Assembly: GCA_051362555.1 (NCBI GenBank)
Contig: CM120642.1
Span: forward strand, 27,590,001 to 27,654,000
Reading direction: 5' to 3'
Origin: Lingula anatina
Taxonomy: Eukaryota > Animalia > Brachiopoda
Length of the DNA: 64,000 nucleotides
Positions 12,801 through 24,284 of the stretch are shown here, piece by piece. Under the pieces are notes generated by a model that saw only the letters and a list, made by a program, of their open reading frames with translations, ran no database searches and was not told the origin of the DNA. Position 1 is the stretch's first letter, and each line of letters starts with the position of its first letter. A program made the position numbers and the translations under genes.

Positions 12801-14012
12801 AACGTTGAGGTTACTATAAAAAATAAATAAATAAATAAATAAAGGGTATTTGGAAATATTTTAGAAATATTTTAAGCTCAAAACATCATCGGCCCATTTC
12901 CGAACCTGGCTAACGAACAAATATTGTATCAGCTGATTCAAAAGATACGAAAAAAAAGCAGTGTGCGTTAAACTATTTCGTATTTCAAATGTTTCCAATT
13001 CCATATTGAAAGCACCAAATGGCGTCGTATTCGAAACCTGTTGTAGTGTCAACATCAGCAGACGACAATCTGCATCTTTCCTTCAGGCACGAATCTTTTT
13101 GCAACAAACCGACGAGCACAATTATTGTAGATTAGAGAGCGATAGATGGTATCTCTCAGCAAGTTGGCCCGAACGCAAAAGGCTTTAATTATTGGGCCTA
13201 GCGCCCGTGTTATTATTACACCATTGTTAAAAACCTGCAGCTGGAGACGAAGATAAGTTTCGAGATAATTTGTATGCAATTCCGTTTTTTATCACGGAAT
13301 CTGTGAATGTAACTTCTAAGTAAAGGGGTAAAATTAAGGAAATATGGTGGTGATGGAAACACTGATTATTTGTGGGGTGATGAAAATTAATACGTAACAA
13401 ATGCATAAAATACAACAGTGAAACCCCGAAAGATCTACAATTAACCTGATGCACATGGTTCCCAATCAGAAAAGGAAACTTTCTTTTTGCAGATGCCTGA
13501 TTATATTTATTTCCCATTTATAATAATCACAATCGTCACGTATGTGTGTTGTATTTCGTGGATGTTCTAAGTGAAACCGTTTGTGTTTATATCAACGCGG
13601 ACACTGCATCATTGAATACAAAGGCTGCACTGACCTATATCATACGTGTAAAATGTCGCTAACAAACAACCAACAAAAGGTGAATTCAGTGCTCTGCGAA
13701 TTTTTTCGAGCACTGGCATATATACACACCATATTGGCATAAGCTTATGCAGGCAGCATTTATTAACAGAAAGGGCAGGTAAACACTATTTATGTTCTGC
13801 GTGAAGAAATACCATACCATTATCTTTCAATGTAAGTTCAGGTCACAGAAATTCAAAGATCTCGATAAGAAAACCTTGTAAACGTTCACCTGTAAATATA
13901 TCTTATGAAAAAAAAAAAATGAAATCTCTTCAACACTCACCAAACTGTAGAAGGCAACCATCATTGATCCAGTCCGGGTATTCCAAAAGAAAAACTTTTT
14001 GATGACAGCCAT
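7748..14012 (-). CDS. Four-transmembrane LAPTM4/5-like (lysosomal-associated transmembrane family) protein, ~217 aa, 7 coding exons
   Basis: Exons 14012-13941, 10848-10776, 10084-9999, 9119-9012, 8647-8585, 8280-8200, 7918-7748, all GT-AG and phase-compatible. Product: MAVIKKFFFWNTRTGSMMVAFYSL|CVAVICISLFLVRY...|AYCVVSYMSFVFYTAYIVVSLTLVAGVYV|DKRDLLFPWLLGVSLLVIYELATVMFL...|TAFSDWTIVFMTFFIVRTIGN|VYSFMCVYTQYTELGAG...|ERRS...LPPY..PPPY...APLYEEIS*. It has four hydrophobic helices, the LxPWL and CVxxxYxEL motifs, and C-terminal PY motifs. Confidence 0.85.
8768..8995. repeat. Two (GA)n microsatellites (~8768-8824 and ~8960-8995) in intron 4 of the LAPTM-like gene
   Basis: Directly visible dinucleotide runs; they explain the spurious ERERER and SLSLSL ORFs. 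Confidence 0.95.
9383..9471 (-). tRNA. TRNAY-GUA: tRNA-Tyr (GTA) with a 16-nt intron (9419-9434), nested in intron 3 of the LAPTM-like gene
   Basis: Minus-strand CTCGCGATAGCTCAGTTGGTAGAGCGGAGGACTGTAG[tggaaaattatcaggc]ATCCTTAGGTCGCTGGTTCAAATCCGGCTCGCGAGA. A and B boxes intact, intron after position 37, T6 Pol III terminator (AAAAAA at 9373-9378 on +). Confidence 0.96.
9841..9896. repeat. Compound (CA)n(AAAT)n microsatellite
   Basis: Directly visible. Confidence 0.95.
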
Positions 14013-16002
14013 TTTCCAAAGGTATCCTCAGCGTCCCCAAAACTGCAGCACCTCTGCTCCCTGGCGCAAACCTGTCTGACCGGAAATCTCCCAATGGCTT
14101 GAGGCACTGATAAACAAGCAAGGGTCTCACCCTCGTAACAAGGCTCGCCTTTAAACGTCCCTACTGTTGTTTTATCTATTTACAAAAGGATTAAAACGTC
14201 CGGTCTATCGCGCATCAACCTGCTAATTACCCAGCCGCTAACTCCTGGTTCTCACGTATTAAATCCCGTGATTTAAGTATCCAGTGAAAGCCAAGCGAAA
14301 ACTATTCAACTTCAGTCTTTAAGTCGTCTGAAGTCATGTAGCTGCACATGTTACACACACCGGCTGCACATCTGCTTCCAAAGTCGTGACTGTCCGCGGA
14401 AGACTGTCCTCTCTCTTCATATTATACATACCAACGTAGTTAAAATCTAATATGCAAAACTAAGCTAACTGGCAAATTAAGTTATATCAGCAAATGTGAA
14501 TAATTCATCACGGTAACTATTGTTGGAGATTTTACCTTATCTTGGTTATCTTTTACTGGAATCTTTTATCGGTGGTCTCGCAGGCCTTTTAAAGTTTTGA
14601 AAGTGTTTTCTCTTAAACTCCTCACAATTGCCTCAACAGATAAAGAACGATGTAGATTGCGTCGAACAATAGAATACACGAGTATAGTCGAGTATGGCCA
14701 TCCTTGACCCTACATGTTGTCTAGGACAGACGTATCGATGTGGTCATTCACCTTATTTCGTCAGGTTCTCTGCCGAAGAGTGTTTACCGGGTCAGTTTTT
14801 AAATCCCGTCTACTCGACACTAAAACCAGGACTGAGTACAATGGCTTCAATTTGATGAAAACAACACGTTGTCGCCTTGTATCGATTTGTTTGTTAAACC
14901 CAAGTGTGGTTTCTATAAACACATATTAGGTACACTTTTTTTATTTTGGTATTAAACGCAGGCCGGTGCAGACCAGAGTCAGATGACATTTTAGAAAAGT
15001 GTAAACAAGACTTGAGACAGATGCAATCGGTCAACCTGCCGTCTCAGGTAAAAAAAGTTTATGCCAGGTTGCGGATTAATTGTTGCGTTCCTTAACAACA
15101 GGTTGGTTTTTCATGACTGAATGTAAAATAAATGATCAAACTACTTCATTGCCTAGGTATGATAAACCTTATTATATTGTATGTATAACTTACTTTCATG
15201 TTTACTTTATCAACGCAGGTTTAACAATTTTTATAACTGGGACATGGTTTTAAAATGAAACATATTTATTATATTCCTCAAGTATAAAACCAACGGAGCG
15301 ATATGTCCGATTGCACGCCGACATCTTTGTATGCGTTGTCCTTTTATAAACCCACGATGTATTTCAAAGATCACTTACTGCTAGAGAGCGTTGGGACTTC
15401 GGATTTAGTTTGTTAGCAAAGGCCAAGTGGGAGAAAGGGGTCAAGTCCGTCCGATTCTTGTTACAAACGATGTTGCACTTGCAAATACAACACAAAAAGA
15501 TTACAACAGGCCAGGCTCAGCCAACCGTGCATGATTGAACATTGCCTCTTGTGTGTACCAGCAAGTTTTCGGACAAAAAAAAAATGTCAGAGTTAAGATA
15601 GAGGTAAATCGATTTGCTGAGGTAAGATGTGTCTCTATTGAGAGAAAGAGAGAGAGAATATTGAGAGAGAGAATATTCCATAAAATATAGATTACAAGTA
15701 AATCAAAATATTGTTTTATATTGTCACAGCTGTGTCAGGCCGAAAGACAAAGATCGTGCACTGTATTTGACCGCACTTTTATATACGAGGACATTTTCAT
15801 AAATATTAATGGGCAATATGAATAAATTCTGAGGAACGTAAATATCAGTAAATAAATGGATATTCAAAGTTATTCAACAATTCGCTTGTTATAAAACAAT
15901 ATACCAATACAAAGAGTCACCGAAGAGTCCGTAAATAAGTCGGATTAACCAATTCCAATATTTCAATACGAGTGTAGGCCTCAGTGTGAGTCCTGAGAGG
16001 AC

Positions 16003-16164
16003 TTTTTACCTCCGCCAAGAAGGTTATGTTTTTCACCCCTGTTTGTCTGTCTGTCTATCATCAACATCACTCAAAAAGTTATGGACCGATTTTGATAAAA
16101 TTTTCAGGAACTGTCAGAAGTGGGCCAAGGAAGAGATGATTAGTTTTTGGTGGTGATCCGGATC
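16003..16164 (+). mobile_element. Non-autonomous Helentron/HINE (DINE-1-like) element fragment
   Basis: TTTTTACCTCCGCCAAGAAGGTTATGTTTT start, (GTCT)n tract, then CTCAAAAAGTTATGGACCGATTTTGATAAAATTTTCAGG...GGTGATCCGGATC. A related copy lies at ~38345. The class is assigned from recalled consensus architecture. Confidence 0.65.
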
Positions 16165-17378
16165 AATAATCAATCAATAATCAATAATAATCAAAAAATC
16201 GCTGCCTTGTCTTTTTTGTGTTGCTGTCGATGTTTATTTATGTTGCGCTGTGCATGCTTTTATTCGTATGTGGCTTGTCTTGGGCTATTTATATAATTAC
16301 ATAAACAATCTAAAATTTGACTATTTAGAGCAAACTAAAATATCACAGGGAATGTAATAATTAATAAAAAAATAAGGTTTTCATCATGAACCATCACCCA
16401 GTTGTCTTGTTTAAAAAAGCTTAACTGCTTAAGATTAATGATATCATTTATTGAAATGATTAGATAAATGGAAAATAGACAAGGGGATCTGGCAGACAAG
16501 GCAAGTATAATTCTCAAGAGTAAAGTACGTATGAATGAATCTGAGAATGCCCGATCCTCCCTGTAGAAAACTGGAATTGTAAAAGTGAAATCTTGTATAA
16601 AAATATGAGAATAATCAAGCAAAATGATGGCACACATAAAAAGTATGTCTAAGAAACACAAGGCAGAAAAGCTACTGCGAGCCCTCGAGTGATTAAATGT
16701 ACAGCAGATTTAACATTCACATCCTTGACTACATACTAATAGCTGTATTGTTAAATTAGGTTTTCATCCATTATTTCAGAAAATATCTGCAATAATAACC
16801 TGAAAGTATGTCACATTACTACACCGTAGAAGAAAATGATAATTACAAATTAGAAAATGATAATTACATGAATTCTGTTTAACAGCCAGTACTGGACTTC
16901 ATGTACTGGTATGTGATTTTCATATTGACAAGTTGGGAACACTGGATTGTAAAAAAAAATTAACACATTGAGGCAAAAAAGAGCAAACAACCAAGTTATG
17001 AGTAAATGCAGTACTATTATCACATCACAAGACACCACTCACACTAAAGCCCATGTTAGTATGGCCTTGGAGAACCTTTAAAAAATGCTAAATAATATCA
17101 AACATGGTAATCCAAGTAAAGTCTAATATAAATGGCAAAAATATATTGGTATAAAATAAAAACAGTATTTAATATTGGAGTGTTTGTAAAGTTAGCATAA
17201 ATACAACCTCACAGATTTAAGATAGATATCTTTGGAGTTGCCAAAAGAGCAGGCTCCAAGTCGTTGTATTTTCTATATTTTGCAATGGACTTACTTCTTC
17301 CCTAATATAATACACTAGTCCACAGAAAAAAATATAAAGAATTTTTTAAAAATTCCTTAATATATACATTAGTCAAGC

Positions 17379-18861
17379 TCAATGTATACTCAAGTCACAG
17401 ACCAAAGACAAGTGATCGGAAGGATAGGTAACACTGGGTAATCTTCCAGGGCCGATTTCTTCTCCAGTTGGAAACTTCAACACTTTCTCAACAGTTATAG
17501 TGCCTTTGGTGTACCACACATAGTCAATGGTTCTGCAGACCTCTCCTGAGTGCTTGCCTCCACGGATTTTCCATGTGGTATAGAGTGGCTCCACACCATC
17601 ACCTGTTAGTTTAGTGTATGCACTGTCAAAACCCATCTGGCTATTTTTGAAGACTGAATATACAGGTTCCTCTGGCACAGCATTGAAATCTCCACACAGA
17701 ATAACAGGGGAACTACCTGCTTTTTCCATTAAGACTTCCAAAAGACTCTGTCCCTGCAGACGGCGCGTTTCTTCCCAACCCACTTTGGATTTCAAATGGG
17801 TAACCCCTATGTAAAATTCATGGGCTGATCTTGGGTTTTTAGAATCACAGTACTGCAGCTGCTGAATAATGGCTACTTGATTGGTGGATTTATTTCCCAT
17901 TTTCAAATTAAAGTTTTGTACACTGACTGACCTTAGTTTATTGGTGTTGTAAAATATAGCACAACCGTCTGGGCCATAGGATTCCTCCATACTGAGACAA
18001 GGGGAATCAGGTTTTGGAAAAAATGTCCCTTCATAACAAATGCTACCCAAAACAGACTTGAAAAAATCAAACTGGTCAACTTCTTCCAAGCAAACAATGT
18101 CTGGTTCATACTGTAAAATCTCCTCCAAGATGTGCAAACGTCTAGATTTCCAGTCAAAGGCTTCTTTGGGACATTTGACAAAGTTATCGTCACCTTGACA
18201 CAAGGCTGAAAAAAAGAAGAAATCATGATCAGTTACTAGTATGATTGCATTTTGCTTTTTGTCAAATAGTCTGGCTTGAAAGAAAAGGGAAATCAGCACT
18301 TACTTCTACCAATATTAAGACATCAGAAGTATTAGTTATAGGGTAGAGTCAGGGCCTTAATAAGAAATACAGCAGTATAAGTATAGATATCTTTAACCAA
18401 GAAAAACTAGTGGTAAATATATATATATATATATATATGTTCCCTACCTGTGCATGGGTACATATAAATAACTGCAAATGTAAAACTTTATTCATTAGAC
18501 TTTTCACTGGAAGCAAAAAAAAAAAAAAAATAAAAATAAATAAATAAATAAATATAATAAAATAAAAAAAATAATAATAATAATAAATAAATAAATTAGT
18601 ACAACTCTTCTATTATTTATGTGGTTCTATACCTCTAGCAAGCTGATTCCACTGCATTACTCTCACTCTAGCAGGCTGGCAGTCAGCATCACCCTTACTG
18701 CAACCAGAAGTGTTTCGAGGCGCATTAGCACTGACCTCAGAAAACTCTCTCGTCAGCAAAGGGGGGTGTCCATGCAATGCTGTCCGGATGTTCTGCAGAA
18801 GTTCACTGTGAGTTGCAGATGGTGCAAACTGGATGTCATAATCGTTCTTGTGGTCACCCAT
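17379..18861 (-). CDS. NOCT: Nocturnin (CCR4-like EEP-family NADP(H) 2'-phosphatase), ~351 aa from two visible coding exons
   Basis: Exons 18861-18633 and 18205-17379 joined by a phase-1 GT-AG intron give ...RVMQWNQLAR-ALCQGDDNFVKCPKEAFDWKSRRLHILEEILQYEPDIVCLEEVD...KPDSPCL...GPDGCAIFY...THLK...CGDFN...YTTWKIR...TIDY...YPSDHLSL. These are diagnostic nocturnin motifs. An upstream exon is likely (acceptor AG at 18874-18873). Confidence 0.95.
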
Positions 18862-19435
18862 TTTACACCTTGCTAAAAAGTTGACAAGTTAATGTGTCAA
18901 ATTTGATCAAAATGAAAGACACGGGGCAGATTTACAGTACTGGTAGTAAACAACTGATCATAAACTCCAAACAATTTTCATACTGTCATACAAAATGCTA
19001 TCCCCTTTTACGAATTCTTAATCCCACTAAAATTGCTTCATATTTTCTTGACCCCTCTCCCCTTCATTTGCAATATATCATCTCAAGTGTCTGGTAAATC
19101 ACACAGTGATTGCATATTTACAGGGATCGAGTGCCTGTTGATGTATCCACTTTACTACTATGCATTTAACTGACAACAGCATTCGATTTGTGATTAGAAG
19201 GTACATATTTCCAACAGGAACATCTAATATCCAAATATTCTTATCGCGGTTAAAGTTAAGACAAGAGTCGATACAAACTTCCCTGTTTACCTGGAGTCAG
19301 CGGAAATCAATTTTGAATACATAAGGAGAAACTAAATGCCTGCTTCTAATTGGGCGAAATGATAGCACAACACGGGCACACCTACCACAATTGGGTTTCA
19401 TGCAGTAAATGTCCGTAAATGTTTTATGTCCTAGG

Positions 19436-19588
19436 CAGTGGCGGATTTAGAGGGGGGTCAGGGGGGTCCTGACCCCACCTTCGGTTTCTGAAAAATACAT
19501 CACACCAATATTCCCCTCTTGAAATTAAAATTTGGACTACTGACTTGAATCATATAGTTCTAAACCGTACCATGGGGCACCGTTTGCC

Positions 19589-19638
<50 letters not shown>

Positions 19639-19736
19639 GGGCCCATGAGTAGGCCAAGGTGTCCACGGTCGGCTTCGCATCCGAGGCCTGTCGTTTCGGA
19701 CTTCCACCCCCTTCAAATAATCCTGGATCCGCCGCT
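19436..19736. mobile_element. hAT-like MITE upstream of the nocturnin coding exons
   Basis: Termini CAGTGGCGGAT... and ...ATCCGCCGCT. Left flank GTCCTAGG and right flank TCCTAGG form a partial TSD. G-rich/C-rich subterminal blocks and an internal poly-A run. Confidence 0.65.
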
Positions 19737-19776
19737 CCTAGGTCTAGGACTAAATATTTTATCTGGAAATTGAAAA

Positions 19777-19827
<51 letters not shown>

Positions 19828-20507
19828 AATTCAATAATATGGAATATTGAGTCATAGTTTGAGTTAATGCTGCCTGCAGCTTTCCAGACAGTAACTGAAC
19901 AAATTTATTTTCTCAACGGATTTAGGGTAACGATTTACAGAACTTTTGTCAGGATATTTGAAATTTTCTGTAGTCTGTGCATTATACTTAACAAACTTAT
20001 CTATACAGATACTTGCAAAACTTCGTACAAACATGTGAACCGTGCCACATCATGAGGATAGAGGATAAGCATACATTGTCATTTATTGGAAGGAACTCAG
20101 GTCTATTCTTTTTCAGCATCTCCATATAAACCCCCATCTTTTCTAACAGTAGGCCTAAGTACACTGTACATGGCTCTCTGCTGCCTGCCCAGGTTTCCAC
20201 TAGAGCACATCGAAACGTGATCAAATCGCATTTACTAGTACTTCACTTCGAATTTATTTGTTTAATGTGCCATTAGACACGGGTATACTCATATTTCTCT
20301 GATTACTGGCTGAAAGGACTTTATTGAATTTCTGTTATCACCGCTATATAAGCAGTATAATTTCCGTTACTATTACCTCGATCCTCTTACAAATTACATT
20401 TAACATCTCTGATGTTTTTCAACTTATTAAACATCAATCAAATTACATAATAAGTACCCAATTATAAATATTTTCTTTTTTTTTTTAATCTGGACACAAT
20501 TAATTTT

Positions 20508-20681
20508 TTACGGAAGCCGACTGGTGTTAGGCCTATGTTAACAAAAATTATTATCTCGAAATTTCGACATAGCTATCTCGAATTTCGAGACAATATATAT
20601 TTTTTGTCCAAATTTCGACATAGCTGCCTCGAAATTTCGAGATAATAATTTTTTTAACATGACACCAGTCGGCTTATGTAA
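20508..20681. mobile_element. Palindromic MITE with TACGGAAGCC-type termini
   Basis: TTACGGAAGCCGACTGGTGT ... ACACCAGTCGGCTTATGTAA inverted termini; internal repeats of TCTCGAAATTTCGAGA/CA. Confidence 0.75.
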
Positions 20682-20960
20682 ATTTTTTTTTGCTTTTATA
20701 TAACTACGCCTGGCTTCCAACATAACCCATGTTCACATTTTTTACCAGCCGTATGATACGGCGTTTTAAAAAGACACATGTAGAGATACACTGTAATCGC
20801 AGGTTGGGCACGCGAAATAGTCGGAATCGCTTCTAAATAAATTATGAAAATCAGGAATGGTAAAAGACGAAGGAAAATCAATGCAAGCCAAAAATCCGGA
20901 AATACACAGCACATTGTCTATTGACGACCTGGTTAAAAATACCTATATACTTTTCTATAC

Positions 20961-21048
20961 CTCGCGATAGCTCAGTTGGTAGAGCGGAGGACTGTAGTGG
21001 CAATGCATAGCTATCCTTAGGTCGCTGGTTCAAATCCGGCTCGCGAGA
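20961..21048 (+). tRNA. TRNAY-GUA: tRNA-Tyr (GTA) with a 15-nt intron (20998-21012)
   Basis: CTCGCGATAGCTCAGTTGGTAGAGCGGAGGACTGTAG[tggcaatgcatagct]ATCCTTAGGTCGCTGGTTCAAATCCGGCTCGCGAGA, followed by a TTTTT terminator. Exons are identical to the copy at 9383-9471. Confidence 0.96.
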
Positions 21049-21516
21049 TTCATTTTTCTTTTCATCTATTTCACTTGAAAATGTGATTTCACACGCTATA
21101 TTGTGGTAAAAATTGGATTTTATGCCGTTCCTTGAAAAAAGAAATATTGATAAAATTATGAAAGTCATCATTGGAAAATGGTACATATTACTCAGTATAT
21201 TAAAGGCATGCAAGTTGGCAGTGGCAGTGCGCTAAAGATAGTGTTATTGAATTAAGTAAGGAAGAAGTGCTTATAAGTTATGAAAAGTGATATAATATAG
21301 CGAGGACACGTTCCACTTGTAGAACAGAAAATGGCACGTTGGTCTTATTCCCGGACGGAACTACACATTGAATTAATGCTCTATTGCAATATCCTCTTCT
21401 TATTCAGTGTGTCGGATAAATGCATGTAATATCCTCTTTTTATTACTGAACGCTCTATTAACCATGTAAATCATTACGGGAAATGATATATCTACATTGC
21501 AATTTTTGTCAATCAG

Positions 21517-21523
21517 TATAAAA
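21517..21523 (+). promoter_or_regulatory. TATA box of the small secreted-protein gene
   Basis: TATAAAA about 60 nt upstream of the ATG at 21579, consistent with a TSS near 21545-21550. Confidence 0.55.
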
Positions 21524-21578
21524 ACAAAATTTGATAACGTTTACGAAAGTTGTCAACAGCGATTCATCCAAGCGCGCT

Positions 21579-23515
21579 ATGAACACACTGGTGAGTTTGA
21601 TTTCAGTATTTCTTAAAAGGAATACTTGACTGAAGTAACAAAGAATAATTTGATTTTTGTCGAGGGAAAGAAATTTTGTGAACCTAAATAAATTGTTCGT
21701 AAGGAAGTATCTATTTGAAAATGCGTAACGCGGATAGCTATTTCAGTTGGATAGAAGAAAAATCTATTAATGAAAAAAAAAAGACATTATTATTTGAATA
21801 ATTTCAGTTGGTTTTTGGGCTTCTCCTTTCATTTATTGCGGTCACCACCGCAAGGGAAAGTGGAGGTAAACTACACAAGCTTTTTACCAGCTTCTCTATT
21901 TATACAGGAATACTAAACGGGTACCATACTCTGATAAAATAAATAACAAGACTTAAGGAAGGCCGTAGTGATCAGATTTTTTTCAGTGCCCTATCTCTTA
22001 ACCCTTTAAATATGTTTTTCTGCTTACATAAAGTTTGCAGTAGTTATTTTCTTTGTTGTAGTGATAGGATTTATTTTAGTGCCCCATCTTTTAACCCTTT
22101 AAAGATCTTTTTATGCTTACATAAAGATTGCAGGAATTATTTTTCCTTTTTTTTTTACCTGTTCCATGTACCTCGTTATATTTCATTTTATTTCTATGTG
22201 CCTCGTTTTATTTTATTTTATGTGAGAGTGTACAAACGGCAAGAAGGACGGAGACCAGTGGGACACCCAGAGACTTAACGGATGGTTCCGACTGGGATGT
22301 GAACGCGGACGAATCGTTTTTAAAGGTACGAATCAAATCCCTGCTAGAAGACATTCAAAGAAATTATGTAAAATATCACAATCAATAAGCTATTCGTAAA
22401 GAGTTTTATATGGAGACGGTTAATACTTGTAGTATCATTTGACTTTGTTTTTTCCTCATGCTTCGTTTTAGGCATTATTGTGTCTGCAATCATTCAGTTG
22501 TGAGGAATGCAATATAGAAGGACAAATACACTATTAAAAAATGACCCCAGGAGTTTTATAAGAATATTTCCCTGGAAGGATTTAATTATAACCCACGATT
22601 CTATTTCGGTGACTTTCAGTCATCTTCATAGAGAAAAAAACATCTTTTGGAATTAAAAATACAAACCTTCACTTTGATAGAATTCAACCTACATCATTGA
22701 GGGAGACATTATCATTTGTGTCAAAATTCTTTTTTTTTTAAAGTTTCCTTCTTTTCACAGGCTGTCTGAGGGGACAAGACGGGGAAAGAGTCCTTGTTCA
22801 AGCAGGAAAAACCTTCTGTGAAGGGTCGTTCCGTTACCGTTGCAACCAACAAGGCCAAGATTACAGTCTCACTTTCGCTGGACGTAAGAGAAATCTTACT
22901 AAACATAACTTTTTAGTTGGTTTTCTATCATTTTGTGCCTTTTTACCCCCCCCCCGTCTTTACCCTTTCCTGTCAGCGTGTTCTTAGACCCCATTCCCAT
23001 AGATTTTAGATCGATCTATCCCTGTCTCACTAGATTACTGTCGGCTTAGCCGGCTTAAGCGTCTGTCCAGCCTACTAAAAGCTGTAAGGGGGTAATTAAC
23101 TATGGTGCGCGCTCGGCTGACTGCAATTTAGCGTGAACCCCTAGGGAGATAGGTCGATATAAATCTAAATCTCTGGATCGATCTAAATCTCTGGGAATGC
23201 ACCCTAAGGATCGCACAGATGCAGAAAAAGGTCTTAGATTTTGTTTAGTTTTTTTCTCTTGCGCTAATCGTCTCTTCTCTTTCCTGTTCGACCCGAACTA
23301 GCATAAAGTGGGTTTTCTTTAGACCAATATTTTTGAAAATGCACAAGAGTTTCAAAATGATGTATTTTAAAAAGATTTCCGCATATTTCACCCGCATGCG
23401 CAGTTATTCAATCTCACGTCATGATTTATCCTTTTCTCTCTATATATGCAATCGCACAAACTCAATTATTAGCTGTCGTGAAAGTATTCTTTCTATTTGT
23501 ATTTCAGGTTGTTAG
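21579..23515 (+). CDS. Small secreted cysteine-rich protein, 99 aa, 5 coding exons (MIG-18-like/fibronectin type I-like beta module)
   Basis: Exons 21579-21590, 21808-21865, 22227-22325, 22761-22883, 23508-23515 with phases 0,1,1,1. Product: MNTLLVFGLLLSFIAVTTARESGECTNGKKDGDQWDTQRLNGWFRLGCERGRIVFKGCLRGQDGERVLVQAGKTFCEGSFRYRCNQQGQDYSLTFAGRC*. Signal peptide, six Cys, upstream TATA box, AATAAA at 23730-23735. The exon 3 acceptor is an uncommon GAG. Confidence 0.8.
21965..22145. repeat. Imperfect tandem duplication, 93-bp unit x2, in intron 2 of the secreted-protein gene
   Basis: GTAGTGAT...AGTGCCC..TCT.TTAACCCTTTAAA...TGCTTACATAAAG.TTGCAG begins at both 21965 and 22058. Confidence 0.8.
22985..23207. 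mobile_element. PIF/Harbinger-like MITE in intron 4 of the secreted-protein gene
   Basis: Inverted termini CATTCCCATAGATTTTAGATCGATC and GATCGATCTAAATCTCTGGGAATG. Confidence 0.65.
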
Positions 23516-24027
23516 CATTTGGCAGACAGCGCCAGTAGCTATAGCGTTACATCTGCCAAACAAACACTTGTCGAAAGATTTCCTAAAGAAGAACCAGCCT
23601 TCTTTATTATCAACTATCTCGATTTGCCATATAAGAGACTGATATGCGTGATCTCTAAAACAGATCTATAATTCATTTTTTGTCATGCGGTTAACGTCAT
23701 GCGTAACACTGTACAAGTATCTTCGCTGAAATAAAGCCCTGCATATCACTTAACGATATCGGAATTTAATGTCTTTTATTCTGAGACGTCCTTTGGTGAT
23801 AAGTTAACTTGTCAGGAAATCGTAGTCGTTGGTTTCGACGTACAATCTGTCGCCTCTGACGTGTGCTATATCGACTGCTAGACAAGCCTCCCGCTTAACG
23901 GCGATAGGAAAGTTCCATTAAGATCTCATGCAATAGCGATTAATGGGACAACGGTTGATTATGTTTTATTATTCTAGGTTAAATTGCTTATTTTCCCGCC
24001 CCTCCCTTTACCTCTCTGTCTTACCAT

Positions 24028-24284
24028 GGGCTCATTCCCATTTAACTATCGGTCTACGAAGATTGATCCAACTCCGCGGGAACTCTCACTAAATCCAGTC
24101 AATTTAACATGCCCCCTCCTAGCGTTGAGTAGGATACAGAAAAGCTGGTGATTATAGAGTACGTTATAAACGAGATGAGGCGTGTTACGGTGTTGGTTTG
24201 TTAATAAATTGATTGCAATTAGCAAGAGTCCCTGCGGAGTTGGATCGATCGACGAAGACCAACCGCTTCAATAGAAATGCGCTC
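24028..24284. mobile_element. Degenerate MITE with long inverted arms
   Basis: GATCCAACTCCGCGGGAACTCT (24065-24086) pairs with AGAGTCCCTGCGGAGTTGGATC (24225-24246); the outer arms GGGCTCATTCC/GAAATGCGCTC are partly complementary. Confidence 0.65.

Noticed and set aside
20550-20650. Regularly spaced TCGAAATTTCGA repeats superficially like a CRISPR array
   Set aside because: Eukaryotic context, repeats are short and enclosed by MITE TIRs, spacers are not unique and uniform, and there are no cas genes.
21731-21756. GGATAGCTATTTCAGTTGGATAGAA resembling a tRNA 5' half
   Set aside because: Too short and interrupted; no anticodon arm or B box follows.
21908-22499. Possible 13-nt (GAATACTAAACGG) and 28-nt (GCATTATTG...CAGTT) micro-exons in the secreted-protein gene
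   Set aside because: Including both keeps an ORF but shifts exon 3 into a frame (VQTARRTETSG...) that loses the Cys/Trp/Phe pattern mirrored in exon 4. The simpler five-exon model is preferred, and RNA-seq would be needed to support them.
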